DNA from: Eledone cirrhosa
Taxonomy: Eukaryota
NCBI GenBank assembly: GCA_964016885.1
Contig: OZ024747.1
Coordinates: 91,946,001 to 92,010,000 of the forward strand
Direction: 5' to 3'
Length of the DNA stretch: 64,000 nucleotides
The notes beneath the pieces were generated by a model. The model made no database searches. It was not told the origin of the DNA and worked only from the letters and a program-made list of their open reading frames with translations. Position 1 is the stretch's first letter. Every line of letters begins with the position of its first letter. Made by a program: the position numbers and the translations under genes. Positions 33,510 through 49,111 of the stretch are shown in pieces.

Positions 33510-34080
33510 TATATATATGTGTGTGTTTGTTTGAGTGTGTATACATGTGTGTGTGTATAGATGTGTGTGAGTGTCTTTGTGTAAGAAATGACAGGTTCCA
33601 AGCGGTAGAAATATATAAAGGGCAAAGGATGACACATAAGACAAAACAAAGTAATGTTTTATCCAGTCTTTTTGAACTTAATATTTCAGCGTTAATATCC
33701 TCTCTTCAAATATGAAGCAGAAACGAATCAAAACAAAGACGAACGATGAATGTAGTCTTCCTTAACTGGTCTACATGTTTGAAATAACCATGTATGCAGT
33801 CGATAGGGTAGCCAATCTGCTTCGTGCATCTCCAATGTATTATTCATTTGTCTTTTTTTCTGGTTGATGATAATGGCCTTTTTTATTCTTAAATTGCCCA
33901 CATTCCTATCCGTCGCCTCTATTGTGACCTTAATATATAGCAGTGGCGATAACTGGCCGCCTCCGAAACCTAAATTTGCGCATACACATTAAGTGTATGA
34001 ATTATTGATATGTATGCATGCGTGATTATTGATATGTATGTATTACTGATATGTATTGATATGTATATATATATATATAT

Positions 34081-34452
34081 ATCCAGGGAGTGTAACACGG
34101 AGTTACTGTAGGTTCATCCGAGTGAGCACTCTATGTTTAGGTTCACGTCTGTATCGAGGTGTAGAGCTAGACAGAGTGTAGTATAATAATACAAGGACAC
34201 GTGGTTACTCCTTCATTACGTTTATTGGTTGGTGACGCGCGTTTCGACACCGATCAGCTCATGGTTCGATCTGTATCGATTTAGCCCGACTATGTAATCA
34301 ATGAGTCATCGAACCTCTTTGGTGGTAATGATAGAATGAATGCTTACAGAGTCGGGCTAAATCGATACAGATCGAACCTTGAGTTGATCGGTGGCGAAAC
34401 GCGCGTCAGCAAACAATAAACGCAATGAAGGAGTAAACACTCGTCCTTGTTT
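34081..34452. mobile_element. Rearranged copy of the 4171-4425 repeat: inverted B + A + inverted A
   Basis: 34081-34185 is the reverse complement of ~4321-4425. 34190-34337 matches ~4171-4320. 34343-34452 is an inverted copy of 34190-34297. Confidence 0.8.
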
Positions 34453-35526
34453 TATTTTATTATATATATATATATTATAGTTTGTAGCTTTATTACAAAC
34501 CCTCTAATAATATAACAGGGATATATATATGTGCGTGTGTGTGTATGTATGTGTATGTGAAGGGTTTGTTGCTATAATGAACGTGCGATTACATGCAGCA
34601 ACGAGGTGAATAAACAGCTTCGAATAAGTATATATAAAGTATATATATTATATATAAATATATATATAGACAACGTCCTTTGTATATCGGACATTGCACA
34701 CACTCACCTACAGGCACACACACACATCTATATATAATTATATAGATTATAAAATGCGTTTAACTGAAATACCTTGCGCGTATGTTTCTTAAATTAAAAA
34801 AGAATACCACTCAAGTTTTAAAGAAATGGTTATTCCTTTATTAACAAACAATCTATGATAATACATAATAGAAACATTTTATGATTTTCGCAAGCTGATT
34901 GCACTGACTTTTTAGAATGATATTCTCTACTTTTTGTCTGATAAATCAACAGAAAGTATTTTAATATCAAACTTTATTCTGGCTATTTAATTCAATAATA
35001 TGTCTATATATAACTAAATATCTACTGTAACGTACGTTAAGTTTTACTTTAAGACTTCATCGTACTGAACAAACAAAATAAAAACATTTATTCCAAAATG
35101 AAAAAGTGCATTCTGTATATAGACATCATTCTACTTGACAAGACCATTATTTTTTTTTTTTAACGGGAATCTTCTAATGATTTTGATACTTACGTTCTAA
35201 ACTCATTTAAAACCATTGAAAATTATGTATTTGTTTACACCAAGTTAAATATTGTCGATTATCCCTATAAGCAAAGCATTCAAGTCATAACTATTCTGGT
35301 TTTTATCCAGGCCTACAGTGTCTTTTAACCTATTATCCTGTCTTCTTTCAAAATGGTATTTAGGTAGATTTTGCTGCGATTTATAGCAAATGAAAGAACC
35401 ATACAAAAGTTTCACTTACGTATGTCTATATATATATATGTAAAAGGTAAACAGAAATAACAACGCAATCGGTACACTACATGGAAGGAATATATTAGGC
35501 TAACCCTTGAAATAGCAGGAAGAGGG

Positions 35527-35562
35527 TCTTAACATTTCGAACGCTAGACCGTCATCAGAAGA
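35527..35562 (-). ncRNA. Degenerate minimal type-I hammerhead ribozyme motif
   Basis: Minus strand UCUU-CUGAUGA-cggucuagcguuc-GAAA-ug-UU-AAGA. Stem I UCUU/AAGA; stem II imperfect. Confidence 0.5.
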
Positions 35563-36096
35563 AAGAATGAGAAATAAGATAGATTTAAGGGACGGGCGGG
35601 GTGGAATTGGAAAAAGATGTCCCTAGATAGAAATAAGAGGTCCATTCAAGTTATATATATATATACACACACATATATATATACAATGATGGGTGTGTGT
35701 GTATATATATGTATATATACATATGTGTGTGTTTATATATACATATATATATATATATACATATGTGTGTGTGTGTATGTGTGTAATTATTTTCAACATT
35801 ACTTTGCAGATATTTCCTTCCCACAATCATGCGTATTAAACATTCACGTGATCGCTTACTACATGCAAATATATGTATAAAGCTGCTAGTAATGAGAGAA
35901 TGGTAAGAGAGTATTAACTGTATTTCGCAGTTGCTAATATTGTACGTTCGAATTTCACCGAGGTTGAATTTGTTTTCAATTACCTCCGAGTTGATCTGAA
36001 AGATTATACCACGCATCCTTACATATACGTCTATAAGCCTGGTTAAGAGAAATATTATTTTTCACCATGTTTGAAAAACAAAATTCTATTAATTTA

Positions 36097-36287
36097 ATTG
36101 TTTCTACTTTGGGGACAAGGCCAGCAATTATCCCAGTGTATTACTGGTACTTTATTTTTATCGACCCCGTAAGGATGAAAGGCAAAGTTAACCTCGGCGA
36201 GATTTGAACTCAGACCATAAAGGGCCGTAACTCTTTGCTGCAAAGCATGGCGTCCGACCCTCTACCGATACTGCCAATCCACCGCCC
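36097..36287 (-). mobile_element. Full-length main-family SINE with 13-bp TSD
   Basis: ctattaatttaat at 36086-36098 and 36287-36299. Confidence 0.93.
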
Positions 36288-37193
36288 TATTAATTTAATG
36301 TAATGAATTCTGTGTTTTCCATTCCATCCTTCATAAATATTGAATTTTATCAAGGCAAAAACAAATGAGAATATATAATACTGTAAAGGAGTTTATGATA
36401 ATGAATATGGAAGATCCGCGAACTAAATAATTTTAGATGTCTCATTAAACTCTATTTTGTATGTTTAGCCATATACGTAGACGAATTGATACTTGCAATA
36501 TATTGCTATCGTTTTACTCGAATCCAACCCGTTACTAACATAACTGAGCTTGCACCTTGTTAAGTAAAAATTCTGTAATATATAATATTGAAGTATAGGA
36601 TCATGTATCAAAGCGATTCTTTAAATATATACCCGGAATAATTCTGAAAAAGAAATTTTAGCAAAGTTACTTAAATCGTATTATAGATGGTTTAGTAAAT
36701 TCCTATAGTTAAACGTAAAATAAATAAAAAAATAAGTCAAAAGTGCCATCAAATTCAAAAACATTAAGATTTATAGAGTATATATTTCGTATCATTACAA
36801 TATATTTAAATAAATTACAACAGCAACAGCTGTAACAACAAGATGAAAGTCTGCATAAGCAATAAATACAATGAAATTCCAGAGCCCACGTTATTGAAAT
36901 TCGGGAAATAACTTCAGTTTTATGACAATGTTTACGTTATCGTCTCTGCAGCGTTTTATTTTTTGCAACTGATTGTTACATTTCAATGATTATGGAAAGG
37001 ACTTTACATGGTAAATTCATAAAAGTATAGTAAAAACACTTCGAAATCGATATAAATAAAATCAAAGAACTTCAAACATATTCCTATATTTCTGTATGTG
37101 TCTCTGTATGCTTCTTCCATCTCTCTCTATCTCTCTTTCTCTTTATTTCACTCTCTTCCATCCATCTCCCCCCTCTCTCTCTGCGCACATCTT

Positions 37194-37317
<124 letters not shown>

Positions 37318-38479
37318 AAGACAGATACACGTGACTCTCATTCTACCCCCTCCTCTTCTGCTACCACCAAATGATTGAAAGTGACATAAATCCCTCATAT
37401 ATACAGATTCTCAATTTCTTTTTTAGCGTCATTCTCTCTGATTCTATATTTTAAAAAAAAGTAATATTTATTTCAGCTGTCCACTCACTCGGACATACAT
37501 TCCATCTAACATGTACACTGTGCAAATATTTTTGGATATGAATCGAAGACAATGAATCAAATTATGTATATTGATGTTTCGAATTTATTTATTTCATGCT
37601 GTTCTGTAATTTTCATATTGAGATTTTAGGTGAAAGGAATTTGAATTTTTTCTTTTTCATGAAGCGAGTAAAAACAATTCCAAATAAAGGAAAAGCTAAA
37701 TTTGATAACCTGAGGTGAAATTCTTTGATTATTTACTGTACTTTTTCATTCTTTATTTCATCTCAAATAATTACATATTCTTGGCAATATGTGCGTGATA
37801 TCTATATATCACTTCAACACTCTCTGAAGGCATCTTTATCAGTAATGTCTCACATCTCACTCTCAATTTCATATGATACCACCGTTGTCTCATCTCATAT
37901 CACTGGTGTCATAGATGCAGAAATAGAAATATTTACATTGTCAATTTTTTTACATAGACTACTGTTCGACACACAGGCGTTCCAAGCAACTTTCATTACT
38001 TTCTGACATTGAAGCTTAACCTCTACCAGACCGCAGCTGCCTCTCTACTTACCGAGGCGTTCAACTTTTACCCTATCAAGACTACGTCTCACAATCCCAC
38101 ACGTTACATAATGTCTTCATACTCTCAGAACATATGATATTTAAGTCAGCCGATTGATATGAACTCTCCGCATGATACATACGGTTTCACTGCTGAAATA
38201 AGCTATCTTTTAAGATAATTCTCTCGAATCCCCACATACAAGAGCTCGCAACTCAATTACCCAAGCATGGTAACTACGGCTACACCCACTGGAGATGTTA
38301 AACACCAGGACACTAACACATGCGATCCTCGCAACTGTCCTGTTATCTCATCTTAGCTTGTCAATGGACACATAGTTTCGAAGATGAAGTGGGATTGCAT
38401 TGTAGCATTGCTATCTTTATATACAGATATTTCTTCACAAGTCCCACAGTGGTAAAGGTGTGGCAACTGTGCAGACTCA

Positions 38480-39000
38480 ACAGGTTAGAAGCAGCTAGTC
38501 ATAAATCTACACGTGAGTGGCTCCAGTCTTATCCCAACGACGCTGCATTGTTAGCCTGAACAGTAACATGCATCGGCAGAGTCTTGAGAGTCTGAGCGCT
38601 GCTCACCCATACCACAAGGGAAAGGTCTGGGAAAAGTGACCTAAATAAAGCCTGTTCAGTCATCAAACTGGCCAGCAGCCGGTAGTTGGTGGTGGATCAT
38701 AATAGAAGTGAATTCGTTGAAGAGATGACCGTCTTGTGCAAAGATGTGTAGTTATCATGTATGTATGTCAGGTCGGTCTACAGCGCCACTGGTAACATCT
38801 AATACAGTACAACCTGTGCATGGTCAAGTCGTCGGCGACTAAAACGGCAACCCCACCAAGCTTGCTTAGTGATGAGGGTGAATTTGGACACCTTGCGTGA
38901 TGAAAATCAAAACCTGTCAAAGGGCGGAGGAACTCAAGAGAGTCAACGGACATCCAGTAAAGTATTTTTTTGTGGGGCGAGAGACTCTTAGTCTTCATTG
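38480..39000 (-). pseudogene. Possible old L1/Tx1 endonuclease remnant
   Basis: Minus-strand GGVAVLV..DL followed, after a frameshift, by VLDVTSG resembles the EN of the Tx1 ORF2 at 55952. Locally GC-richer. Confidence 0.45.
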
Positions 39001-40079
39001 AGACATCTCTCTAGGAGGTCACTCTGATATCAAACCTGCTACTTCGTTTCCACCCAATGATATAGATTGGTTTTTGGGTAAATGCATTAGATGTTCAGAG
39101 AGTGGAGTTGGCCCCATGCAAAGCTTTTCCTCAGTTAAAAAACCTTCAAGCACATGCGTCGCTTGATATGTGACATTTTTTACGATGCATGGTATTGCTG
39201 GCCATAGGCAAGTCCCTAGCAGGACTAAAAAGCTATGTCCGTGATGCTCATGCTTAAGTATCAAGCGATGGCGTTACACGGAATCGAGCTGCATCCATCA
39301 TGTATATATGTCTGAATCTATATCCAATGAGATATTCATAGATAATTATTAAAACATATTTTACTGTGCATTAATACGCATGCATAAATTGCTGTACACA
39401 AGAGAGAACATATTTTATCACATATCCCGATTGAAAATCTCTCTCTCTCTCTCTCTCACACACACATACACAGCGGGTGAGAAGAAAGAGGAAAAGAAAC
39501 ACTATCATTCATCTGAAATTATCTTTGCAATTTCAAGATACAGCTTTACTTTATGTGTATTCTCGACTCTTACTACTAAAATATAAATTTGAAAAAACTA
39601 ACACAATTTAGGTTTACTAAAAACGACAATATCTTTCATTAATACTCATGCTACCAGTTATAGGGTAGCTGGTGTGGTCCGCTTGTGGTATGCCGAATGT
39701 AGATATAAGAAATTTCCTTTCATAAATTTTAATATTTTCTGAGGATTCTCGCTTGCAGAGGTACAAATTATATTTATCTTTTCCTCTTTTCGTTTCGTAG
39801 TGTTGAATTTTCACTGGTGATACTTCACTATTTTTACCTTTTTGGGACGAAAAAATACAGGCTGAACATAAAGTCTTGGGTGAGCATAAAATATTTCCCT
39901 GATTATAAAGTACAATATCTAGGATACTATTTGAGATTTTACTTTTTCATTGTTTTAATTCATAAATGTCAATTTAAGGTTGTTCAGACTTTATGCTCAT
40001 CCTGTATATATCTCCCATTTAAATTAACTTAACATCCAACTACAAAAACAACAGTTTATTTATCTTTCTCTCTTACTTG

Positions 40080-41395
40080 TTACTACTGCAGCATCAACAA
40101 CTAATACTACTATTATTACCACCGCCACTATCACCGCTACTGTGACCACTACTATCACCAACAACACTTCTACTACCACCACTACCACTACTACTACCAC
40201 CAACACAACCATCACCACAGCTACTATTACCACCATCATCACTACTAATACCACCGTCACTTCCACCACCACCAAAACCACTTCTACTACCACGACCAAC
40301 AGCAACACCATCACCGCCATCACCACAGTCACTATTACTACCACCAACATCACGACTACTAACACCAGCGACACTTCGACCACCACCACCACCAAAACCA
40401 CTTCTACTACCACAACCAACAACAACAACACCACAACAACTACCACCACCACCACCACTATACCACAACTACCACCACCACCACTACCACAATTAATACC
40501 ACCACCACTACCACAATTAATACCACCACCACCACTACCACAATTAATACCACCACCACTACCACAATTAATACCACCGCTACCACCACTACCACAATTA
40601 ATACCACCACCACCACCACCACCACAATTAATACCACCACCACCACCACTATACCACAATTAATACCACCACCGATACCACAATTAAAACCATCACCATC
40701 ACCACTACGACAATTAATATCACAACCACTACCACAATTAATACCACCACCACCACCACTACCACAATTAATACCACCACCACCACTACCACAATTAATA
40801 CCACCACCACCACTACCACAATTAATACCACCACCACCACTACCACAATTAATACTACCACCACCACCACAATTAATACCACCACCACCACCACCACCAC
40901 AATTAATACCACCACCACCACCACTACCACAATTAATACTACCACCACCACCACCACCACAATTAATACCACCACCACCACCACTACCACAATTAATACT
41001 ACCACCACAATTAATAACACCACCACTACCACAATTAAAACCACCACCATCACCACTACCACAATTAATATCACAACCACCACCACCACCACAACTACAA
41101 CAACCATTATTACTACCAACACCACCACCACAGCTACCACAACCATTATTACTACCAACACCACCACCACCACGACCACAACCATTATTACTACCACTAC
41201 CACCACCACAACTACCACAACCATTATTACCTCCAACATCACCACCACAACTACCACAACCATTATTACTACCACCACCATCACCACAACTACCACAATC
41301 ATTATTACTACCACTACCACCTCCATCACGACTTCCACCACCATCACTGCTACCACGACAACTACCACTACCACAACTACTACCACTACTACTAC
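40080..41395. repeat. (ACC/ACT)n-derived minisatellite; core unit (ACC)n-ACTACCACAATTAAT (~24-30 bp)
   Basis: Direct reading; ~20 CCACAATTAAT units at 40480-41070, then CAACCATTATTACT units. Confidence 0.93.
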
Positions 41396-42204
41396 TCTAT
41401 CTTTAATGTTGTTATACTTTTATTTATATTCAGTTTTCTCCAAATGGGATCATATTTTGAATTCCAATTTCTCAAAAGGGTTATTAACCATCCCATGTGT
41501 TTGTGACAATACCAAAATATGATTAATATAACTATCGATCAAGACGATACAAAGGGTTGATTGTTGTTCCCATCATTCATTGCGTTGTTGATACTGACAC
41601 TTCCGGTGTGGTCATTAGGTTCACAGCCAGACACCATTCACTTGGTTTCCGGGTCAAGCCGCGGAATACTTTTTATATATAGTATTGAAAAGTGTTGCAC
41701 CGGGAATAGAAGTTTGAGACGTTGGCTAGCCCTTTCTTTCTGATAATGAATAGCTTACTTTACGTATTAATAACAATGCTAGGCTTCTTGAATGGCAGTA
41801 GGTGGGCTTAGCGAAAACATGGCACAATGTCAATGTTTACAAGCGAAAACAACTATTCTTGAATAGATTTTCCATTTTTAATGGATGGGGGATACAAATA
41901 TGAACGACACCATTGGGAAAGTTTGACTATAGTGAGCTTTTGTGAATCATTCTGAAGGTCAAATATAGGTTTTAATCATCTAGAGAAAAAAATTATACCA
42001 TTTTCACTCACTATTTAACTCCGCATCACTCCCTGTTATAATAGCTATCACTCATGTTTTAATACAATTATTTATAGAACACACATACACTCACTCACTA
42101 TATATATATATAGAGAGAGAAAGGAAGAGAGAGTGTATGAGAGGGGCAGAAACTGTTAGATAGATAGATATGTATATATATATCAAACATACATATTCAT
42201 ATAC

Positions 42205-42275
<71 letters not shown>

Positions 42276-42319
42276 CATATGTGATGTACGAGTATATACG
42301 TGACTGGAGTTGACGACGA

Positions 42320-43420
42320 ATATTCATCCATGACAACCTCCACCTCATGAGATACTTTGTAGAGTTGTAGAGCGGGAGGAAATTAGACCGGATTTTGGAG
42401 GGGCAATGGTCAATTTTGTTCAGTCAAAAGTATTCGGCTGAGTAGACCACTGCAAACAGAAAGCTATGCCTGAAAGGTCGGGTGAAGGTGGAACACACCT
42501 ACAAGGCATTCGTGGTATACTACAGCTTGACCAACGTACCTTGTGCCCCCACCCATACCTGGACCATTTGGAATGCATGGGCTTCTACCTTTTGTGGAAG
42601 CAACAACCCCTATTTGTCAAAAAATCCACTTGCTACTAATATCCACTTCAGGTTGGCCTCACAATGCCACCATTATTGATGTGCAGAGGCGCGCTACAGC
42701 TAACGCTCTTGTGGTCTTATCTAAGGTACTGCAAACACTATGTTACTGAAGCCCAACCAGTGTGGCCACTTTCCGTGCGGCATGCTTTTTCGCTGCTTGT
42801 CTCCTTGGCCGGGCTGCAGTCTTAGGTCAAGCACAGACCAAGGTTAGGCGACTGGCATCTAGAGAGTGGCCAAGCACTCAGGTCAGTTTAGCAGCTGAAC
42901 AACATTATATGCAATAAGAAAACAACACTTGTGTTCTATAGAGTGTTAGTGGAAAGTAGAAACAATGGATGGTATCAGGGAGGTTTTGGACGCTGAAGAG
43001 AATAGGCTGAACGAGCCCTTCTGAAGGACTACCAGGCTAGGAATTATTGACAATTTCCAAATCCCCATGGCATGGAACTGATACGGAGGGACACTACTTC
43101 TACGATAGAACTCCAGCAGTCATGCACGGTATTACCTAGTACCTGTATATTGCTGACTTATGGACTTGATTCGAGCAACTGCTCACAGTGTAGGGTAGAT
43201 CTGGAATCAACCAGATCTATAGTGACATTTGAACCACCTCCTTTTTTTTTTCTTTAAAGCGAGATATGGCAGATCTTTTCGGCATAGTAGATATGGTGAA
43301 GGTAGCTGTATGGTGAATTCGTTCAGAAGTATTGAGTACAGGAATTATCCTCACAAGGCCAAGCTCTCATCAACATCTAGAGAGCTTTGTTTCGAAATAT
43401 CAATCTGAATGGAAGATGAT
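42320..43420 (+). pseudogene. Old, internally deleted Tx1-clade ORF2 fossil related to the 53727-59631 element
   Basis: Collinear matches: IHDNLHLMRY, VNFVQSKVF..DH, RKLCLKGR..YYSLT.VPC, FYRVLVE, DNFQ..AW, IADLW, SIV..EPPP. Confidence 0.8.
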
Positions 43421-43652
43421 AATTGGAACATAAATCCGATGATTTTGTATGTTCGATTGATTTAAATTTTATTGGTTATGCATGGGTCTGGACTGATGTA
43501 TCGGATGAAATTACTAGTTTATAATACCTTTATATGTCTACAACACTCCCACATACATACATATAGAGATGGAAAGTGTAGGGCAGAGGGATCGAGACAT
43601 AAAGATGTATACATGCATGTATACATGCATGTATACATGCATGTATGCATAC

Positions 43653-43691
<39 letters not shown>

Positions 43692-43702
43692 AGTGTATGT
43701 GG

Positions 43703-43763
<61 letters not shown>

Positions 43764-43788
43764 AGTGTATGTGGATGTGTCTATATGA

Positions 43789-43840
<52 letters not shown>

Positions 43841-43843
<3 letters not shown>

Positions 43844-44026
43844 TGTTTCTACTTTTGGCACAAGGCCAGCAATTACTCCAGTGAATTACTGGTGCTTCAT
43901 CTTATCGACCTCGTAATGATGAAAAGTAAAGTTAACCTCTGCCGGATTTAAACTGAGATCGTAAAGGGCCGTAACTCTATGTTACAAAGCATGGCGTCCG
44001 ACCCTCTACCGATACAGCCAATCCAC
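43841..44026 (-). mobile_element. Main-family SINE (more diverged)
   Basis: aattgtttctacttttggcacaaggcc ... ccgatacagccaatccac. Confidence 0.88.
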
Positions 44027-44080
44027 GAACCCAAGGTCAATCGGTTAAGACTTCATTACGTTTATTGTTACACTCCCTGG

Positions 44081-44948
<868 letters not shown>

Positions 44949-45651
44949 GAATCAAGTCTGATTGGGAATATGTATGATGGTTTTGTGAGAAGAATGTAAA
45001 GGTGGGTGGTAATGGAGGATGGATGGTGAAAAAGAGACCAAGTGAAGTGGGTAGTGAAGATACAGAAAAGGGGATAATTGTAAAGGAGTAGTTTCATCTA
45101 TGGGCATAGAGAGTGGGGACCAAATATGAGAGAAAACATTGAGGGGTGTGGGAAAAGACTCAGTAGGGAAGATGGAAGCTTTCATAAAAGGAGAATAGAA
45201 GAGAGAGTATGTAAGTGGAAAGGAGTGTGAATGAGTGAAAGAGAAGAGAGAAGAGAAGCACAGTAAATAGTTCTGTTTGCATCAAGTAGACACTTAAACT
45301 TTCTACTGATTAAAGGTGGTGTGATGAAGACAGATATTCATAGCAATAATACAATGGAAGGAAAATGATGCAAAATTGTTGCTTTCCACTGTAATCACAC
45401 TAGTGGGTCTGATCAACACTGATATATTAACGACTGGGTTGTTTAAGATGAACGTAAAGTAGGTTTTGTTCAGTGTAGGGTGTTGTTGTTACTATTCACC
45501 TTGATTGTCACGGTCATCATTGATACGTGCCTGTGTATATGTATATATGCATTTCTGTGTGTGTGTGTGTATCTGTGTGTGTGTGTGTGTGTATGTGTGT
45601 GTGTGTGTATCTTTATATATGTATATCTGCATTTGTGTGTATATATAAATA

Positions 45652-45690
<39 letters not shown>

Positions 45691-45729
45691 TATAATATAT
45701 ATATATTATATATATATATATATTATATA

Positions 45730-45788
<59 letters not shown>

Positions 45789-45902
45789 TATATATATATA
45801 TATTATATATATATTATATATATATATAAGTATATATGTATATACATACATATATACACATATGTATGTGTGCGTGCATTTGTATATCTATCTATATATA
45901 TA

Positions 45903-45959
<57 letters not shown>

Positions 45960-45972
<13 letters not shown>

Positions 45973-46036
45973 AATTTGTGTGTGTGTATATGTGTATATG
46001 TGTATATATATGTTTGTGCGTTGGTCTATATGTGTG

Positions 46037-46067
<31 letters not shown>

Positions 46068-46358
46068 GTTTGTGTGTGTGTGTGTGTATATGTGTATATA
46101 TATGTTTGTGCGTTGGTCTATATGTGTGTATGTATATATATATATATGTTTGTGTGTGTGTGTGTGTGTATATGTGTATATATATGTTTGTGCGTTGGTC
46201 TATATGTGTGTATGTATATATATATGTTTGTGTGTGTGTGTGTGTGTATATGTGTATATATATGTTTGTGCGTTTGTCTATATGTGTGTATATATATATA
46301 TATATGTTTGTGTGTGTATATGTGTATATATATGTTTGTGCGTTGGTCTATATGTGTG

Positions 46359-46406
<48 letters not shown>
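45960..46406. repeat. Higher-order repeat of (TA)/(TG) blocks with anchor GTTTGTGCGTTGGTCTATATGTGTGTA (~5 copies)
   Basis: Anchor recurs near 46012, 46104, 46186, 46264 and 46334. Confidence 0.9.
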
Positions 46407-46410
<4 letters not shown>

Positions 46411-46653
46411 TATGTATCTGTGTATGTACGCTTGCTCAGGTGTGTGTACGGAGCATTCTTACTATTTGTTTTAATGTAAACGTTACTTGTACAATTTATC
46501 TCTTCAGAAAAAGGGGTTTGTATAATTAAAATATTTTGAGCACCGAAGAGAGAAAAAGGTTCTAAATACTATTAATTCGAGAGTGTGATAAGTGTCATAT
46601 ATACTGTTCGCCCTCATACATTATTAACATACTATTTATACACGATACCATTC

Positions 46654-46684
<31 letters not shown>

Positions 46685-46685
46685 C

Positions 46686-46787
<102 letters not shown>

Positions 46788-46845
46788 AGAAAGAATGATA
46801 GATAGGTAATATGTTAAGGTATAAAGATAAATACATACGTGTATT

Positions 46846-46933
<88 letters not shown>

Positions 46934-48216
46934 TATAATGTTTGTCTGTGAACGTGGACACATGTTTCCTTGTGAGCAATCAGTAAGTATTTCCATTATT
47001 TCAATTTGTTACACATATTCATGCATGTGTAAAAGGTCTTGTGTATGTTTACGCTTATATATGTATATATTGAACTGAAATAATGGATATATATATAAAT
47101 TATATATACACAAGAATAAATTCGAATATTAATATACGTAACTAAGCTGAAATGTGTGTAAACATGTATGCACGCATGACCTCTATATATGGCGTATATG
47201 AATTTAGATAGGATTTTAATTTAAATCAGAAAAGCTCTTTTTAGATCTGGTAGTTGAGGGCCTAAACCATAGGCGAAGAGTAAAAAATTGTGTCAGGAAA
47301 ACAAAACAGAATGCTACAGTAGAGATGAAATCAAATGGAAATTTTCAACAAAGGTAGAAACCACTCGAAGAACAAAACAATATTTAGTCACAGTCATAAA
47401 TGCAATACAGTGATCTTTGATTTAATCTCTTTATCATAGACATAGCATTATGACATAAAAGTCGTGTACGACAACACTACGTGATTACCCATGCAACAAA
47501 TATCACTACATGGCGTAAGTGAGCTGTTTCAAATCATGCTGATCAGTTAATGAACCATACACTTAAAAGTTGCACTTTTATCTTTTCTAACAGACTTCCT
47601 GACACGTTTCCACGAAATGAACCTGCCATGATGACATTTATTATAATACCCTTTTCAATGTTATGCTTATTTCTTCCTCTCTTCGAATTATGTGTCAATG
47701 GGTGATGGCTGATATAAAATCATAGCTAGAATTAGAAACAGTAATTCTAAACTTTTTGGTGTTTGTTTCCAGCATATTTATGATATTTGCTTCTTTGTTT
47801 TTCATTTGATTCCATTTTTTTTTCTTCCATTTTTAAATTTTTTGTTGTTCTTTTTATACCTCCGTTTCTCGTTTTCTTTGTTATATATAATCCATTGTTA
47901 TTCACATATATTTTTACATATTTATATTATATTGCATGTTCCCTACAATTTTATAGACTGTTTGAAATAATATGATATGATATGATTTATTTTTTCTTGT
48001 TTTGCATTAAAATTTAATTCGGAATTATATTTGCATGTTTATTATTATTTAGATGTATATCTGATTTATTGTCTGAAAAGAAGAACAAAAGATATTTTTA
48101 TATGACGTTAATATTATATCGATACAAAATACGAGATAGCCTGGCATTTTATAATAGCTTACATTTTTTTCATCCATTCAACAAAAGTATAACCGCTAAA
48201 CACGGTTGCACAGAAC

Positions 48217-48333
<117 letters not shown>

Positions 48334-48442
48334 AATGAACAAAAATAATATTATATATAGAAATGCAAACACAATCACAAACATTCAAGAATACGCATTC
48401 CTAAGCATATATTCTGCCCATACACATGTTTAGATGCAACCC

Positions 48443-48484
<42 letters not shown>

Positions 48485-48499
48485 CTATCTATCTATCTA

Positions 48500-48532
<33 letters not shown>

Positions 48533-48608
48533 AGCTATAGATAGATATTAATATATATATATTTATATACATATATATATATATACATAAATATATATAT
48601 ATATATAC

Positions 48609-48684
<76 letters not shown>

Positions 48685-48769
48685 ATATATTAATATCTAT
48701 CTATAGCTAGAGAGAGAGAGAGAGGGAGTAGTGTTGCATCTAAACGTGTATGGGATGAATATACGCTTA

Positions 48770-48803
<34 letters not shown>

Positions 48804-49111
48804 ATTTATATATATATATATTTATATATATATATATATATATACATATATATAATAATATATATATATATATTTATATATTTATATTTATATATTTATA
48901 TATATATATATTTATATACATATATATATATATACATATATATAATAATATATATTTATATATATATATTTATATATTTATATATTTATATATATACATG
49001 TTTATATATATTTATATTTATATATTTATATATATATATTTCAGTATTGGCAGTCAATACTGGAATTGAAATATCAAGACCGTTGAGGTTTGTCATACAT
49101 CAATTCATGTA

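Noticed and set aside
40060-41386. Gly/Cys-rich (GGGGINCGSGG), mucin-like Thr-rich and Pro-rich ORFs
   Set aside because: Open in several frames on both strands because of (ACC)n periodicity; no splice or start context supports an exon.
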